Below the pieces are notes generated by a model that saw only the letters and a program-made list of their open reading frames with translations, did no database searches and was not told the origin of the DNA. The translations under genes were made by a program, and so were the position numbers. A stretch of DNA of 29,998 nucleotides from a virus (lineage: Duplodnaviria; Caudoviricetes). Positions 27,274 through 29,998 of this stretch are shown in pieces. The DNA is taken from positions 1 to 29,998 of the IMG/VR virus record IMGVR_UViG_3300020477_000716; one strand, 5' to 3'. Position 1 is the first letter of the stretch. Each line of letters begins with the position of its first letter.

Positions 27274-29998
27274 ATGGCCAATGGCCCCATCCAGCTAGGG
27301 TTGTACGAAGAACCCCTGCACGCCCAAGAGGCTTACAGGGACGTTCTGGGACAGCCTAGCCTGATCGACCTCGTTGGTCACGAGTCCCCTTCGGGGGGCG
27401 GTGTTTATACCAACGAGTTTATCGACGCCCTCAAGCAAACAAGAGAGGGTTGGTCAGCAGGCCACGAGCAACGGGAACTGGAACGCCTCAGGGACCTCCA
27501 GTACATACAGGACTGGAAGAGGACCGAGGCTGAGAAACAAGCTGCGGAGCGATCCGATAGCTGGATGCCTTGGGAGATGCAGTCCCTCACCAGCGGCCCC
27601 GCCGCAGGTGTTGAGTCGTTAGGGGCTGCTGTCGCGAGGATGGTTGACCCCGAGGTTTCCAACTGGATGGTTCGTTCAACCCAAGCCAGAAGCATGGGGA
27701 TGGACTTGGGGATGACAGCGGACGAGTTGGGGGAAACCAGAAAGTGGGTCAACGACAACCTGTACGGTGCCTCTAGGTCTTACACACAAGCCGCATTAGC
27801 GGCAGCGACTGCGAAGTTCACCGGAGGGTCTTCGTTCGCCTTCATGGCGGGAGGGGCCGCAGCGTCCACCGCCAACGACACCTATGTGGAGGGTTTGGAC
27901 TACGGACTGTCTCCTAGGCAATCCTTCAACCTAGCGTGGAAGCAGGGTGCGTTCGAAGCGGGCGTGATGTCTGTGTTTCAAATGGTTGGCTTGGGTGGTT
28001 TAGAAAAAGGGCTTAGTCAGTCCGTTGGCCATGGCATGTGGGGCTTCCTGAACAAAGAGTTCGGCAAGCAGTTCTTGGCCGAGATGACTGAAGAGCAGAT
28101 AACGACGGTGCTACAAGAGATGACCCGTGTCGCGACCATGCCGGAAGGAAAGTACCGGAACGCATGGATAGGGGACGACGGGACCTTTGAAACGTCTCCC
28201 ATGTATCAGGCACTGAAAGACACTGCCTCCCAGACTATGTTCATGATGGGAGGCACCAAGCTGGCGCATGGTGGGGCCGAGAAGGCTTGGAAGTTCATGA
28301 TCGACCCGAGCCGAAACTCCGTTCTCATCATGCCTGACGAGGTTAGGGAATCGTTTGAGAGAGAATACGGAGACCTAAAGAAAGAGGAGAACCGGCAAGC
28401 CGCCGCCGATGGCCAGCTATCGAAATACCTTTCCGACTTGTCCAGCAAGGCAGAAAACGAGGCAGAGCTTGAATACTGGGAGTCCGTGGCCGAGGACGAG
28501 GGGCGAGACGATAAGACAAGAGAGGCGGCGAGGGGTGTTGCCAGTCGGCTTGACGGTGGTGATTTCGAGGCCACGAATGTTGGCAAGGAGTTGCTTGAAA
28601 TCATCACGGAGAGGATGGGACAAAAGGTTCCGGCGGAAAGCGTGACCAGTGACGTTGTCCCCGCCCCCCCAGCAGCGGAGCAACTCAAGGTTGAGGTCCC
28701 CCAAGTCATCCTTCAGCAGGACCCTGACGCCAAGATCGTTGGTCACTTGGACCTCATACCAAAGGACGCAGACGAAGACACCGCTGTCAGAATGCTGTCC
28801 ATTGCCAAGGAGCTTAGTAACGAGACCCGCAACGGCAGGGACATCCGGTTTGTCCAGACATCCGACCCCAACATCAAGGGTCTTTACTCTGGAGACGGGA
28901 TCTACATAACCGTCCCAACGATCAACAAGCACATGAAGGACGGGGTTCTTGATCAAGAGGGTATGAGAAAGGCCATCACCGGAACCTTTGCCCATGAGTT
29001 CACGCATGAGCTAAAGAAGAAGTTCGGGGGTGTCTGGGACCGTCTCTACAAGACGCTGGCTGACGACTCGAAATACGGGAAGCTGCTTGAGCAGGGCAAA
29101 AAGAACTTCTTGGAGCAGTTCGAGGCTGCTCAGGGATTGGACGTTGACCCTTACTCTGACTATCGGGGCGAAGCAAACGCATCGAGGCTAGACGAGTTGA
29201 TCAGGGAGGAGTCCCTCGCTTACCTGATGGACGACCACTTTATCACCACCGGCCTTGTTTCAAAGATCGCCAAGACGGACAGCAACGCCTTTGAGATGAT
29301 GCGGGACTGGTTGCGTCGAATCAGGAACTCCCTATTCCGAGACAAGCTGTACAGGGGTATGACCTCAGTGTTCAACGAGGTCGCATCGGACATGGGGATC
29401 GAGGGGATTGCCGAGAGGCCTGTCGTAGACACGACAAAAAAGAAGTCGAGACGCAAGAAGCCACGGAAGACCGCAAAGAAGAGCCGTAAGCACGTACTCA
29501 AGAAGGGTCTTCCAGAGTGGGCCGAGGAGCCTGTGGCCGATCTTGAGAAGCGTGGCAGCAAGGTTGTGCAGAAGAACTTCGCCTCGAATTCCGCTGTAGT
29601 TGTGACCGTAAGGACGAAGTCTGGCAACACCAAGATCGTGATCTTGAAGTCCTATGACGGCGGTGACTCTCTGGTCAAGAAGGTGGTCTCAGCCACCGAG
29701 AAGAAGTATGACGAACTGCTGGACTCTGCTGTGGAGGAAGCTGCATCCGTCGAGGAACCGGCTGAAGATTCACGAGAGACAATCGTTGAAGCTGTGAACG
29801 ACGACATTGAAAAGCAGTACACCGGAGTCAGGCAGGGCTACTCGGACGAAGACGTTGACATTGAGTCGACTGATATCGAAGCCTTCTTTGACGCAGCGGC
29901 TTCCATTGATCAGCGGGACGGGACCGGACTCTACTTGGAAGAGGGAGACATCGGGGACATAGACGTTGACACCCTGATGGACCGAGAGCTTGTCATAA
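27274..29998 (+). CDS. Very large internal virion / polyvalent-type protein with a zincin-like HExxH domain (3' truncated by the window)
   Basis: Not in the ORF track. Manual translation from ATG 27274 (MANGPIQLG...) gives 908 codons with no stop. Ala/Gly-rich helical N-region with LAEMTEE, then IKGLYSGDGIYI...FAHEFTHE (HEFTH 28993-29007) and a downstream EESLA (29206). Confidence 0.85.
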   Translation, partial: MANGPIQLGLYEEPLHAQEAYRDVLGQPSLIDLVGHESPSGGGVYTNEFIDALKQTREGWSAGHEQRELERLRDLQYIQDWKRTEAEKQAAERSDSWMPWEMQSLTSGPAAGVESLGAAVARMVDPEVSNWMVRSTQARSMGMDLGMTADELGETRKWVNDNLYGASRSYTQAALAAATAKFTGGSSFAFMAGGAAASTANDTYVEGLDYGLSPRQSFNLAWKQGAFEAGVMSVFQMVGLGGLEKGLSQSVGHGMWGFLNKEFGKQFLAEMTEEQITTVLQEMTRVATMPEGKYRNAWIGDDGTFETSPMYQALKDTASQTMFMMGGTKLAHGGAEKAWKFMIDPSRNSVLIMPDEVRESFEREYGDLKKEENRQAAADGQLSKYLSDLSSKAENEAELEYWESVAEDEGRDDKTREAARGVASRLDGGDFEATNVGKELLEIITERMGQKVPAESVTSDVVPAPPAAEQLKVEVPQVILQQDPDAKIVGHLDLIPKDADEDTAVRMLSIAKELSNETRNGRDIRFVQTSDPNIKGLYSGDGIYITVPTINKHMKDGVLDQEGMRKAITGTFAHEFTHELKKKFGGVWDRLYKTLADDSKYGKLLEQGKKNFLEQFEAAQGLDVDPYSDYRGEANASRLDELIREESLAYLMDDHFITTGLVSKIAKTDSNAFEMMRDWLRRIRNSLFRDKLYRGMTSVFNEVASDMGIEGIAERPVVDTTKKKSRRKKPRKTAKKSRKHVLKKGLPEWAEEPVADLEKRGSKVVQKNFASNSAVVVTVRTKSGNTKIVILKSYDGGDSLVKKVVSATEKKYDELLDSAVEEAASVEEPAEDSRETIVEAVNDDIEKQYTGVRQGYSDEDVDIESTDIEAFFDAAASIDQRDGTGLYLEEGDIGDIDVDTLMDRELVI

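Larger units (their letters stand above)
1..29998 (+). mobile_element. Tailed dsDNA phage (podovirus-like) packaging, head, tail and ejection module; continues beyond the window
   Basis: Co-oriented, tightly packed genes in the order terminase-portal-scaffold-capsid-adaptor-nozzle-fibre-ejection proteins. Terminase motifs are clear. No tape-measure, tube or sheath candidate and no host genes. Prophage versus free phage cannot be decided here. Confidence 0.93.

Noticed and set aside
6671-27274. Amber (TAG) recoding, suggested by in-frame TAG junctions at 6671, 12006 and 27268
   Set aside because: Only 3 of 9 TAG-ended genes are in frame with the next gene, which is the chance expectation. Long genes contain no internal TAG and coding density is already complete under the standard code.

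Overview
The whole window is the virion-assembly (late) region of a tailed dsDNA phage with a podovirus-like (P22/T7-type) gene order. All credible genes lie on the + strand and are tightly coupled. After a ~440-nt non-coding leader come a small two-TM protein, a signal-peptide-bearing trypsin-like serine protease, a putative small terminase overlapping the large terminase, and the portal. These are followed by two Pro-rich disordered proteins, a small basic protein, scaffold, major capsid protein, a probable decoration protein, a head-tail adaptor, three small accessory virion proteins and a 1338-aa nozzle/tail-stabilisation-like protein. The window ends with a ~2230-aa tail fibre built from shuffled repeat modules, two probable ejection proteins, and the first 908 codons of a very large protein that is absent from the ORF track and carries an HExxH zincin motif. 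I saw no tape measure, tail tube/sheath, integrase, RT, CRISPR or RNA genes. The most interesting items are the membrane protein plus exported protease pair at the position where P22/lambda carry lysis genes, the HExxH-bearing giant ejection protein, the shuffled-module fibre, the in-frame polyproline gene pair and a cluster of GGGWCCC sites before the terminase. All product calls rest on motifs and synteny read by eye; no database searches were run.
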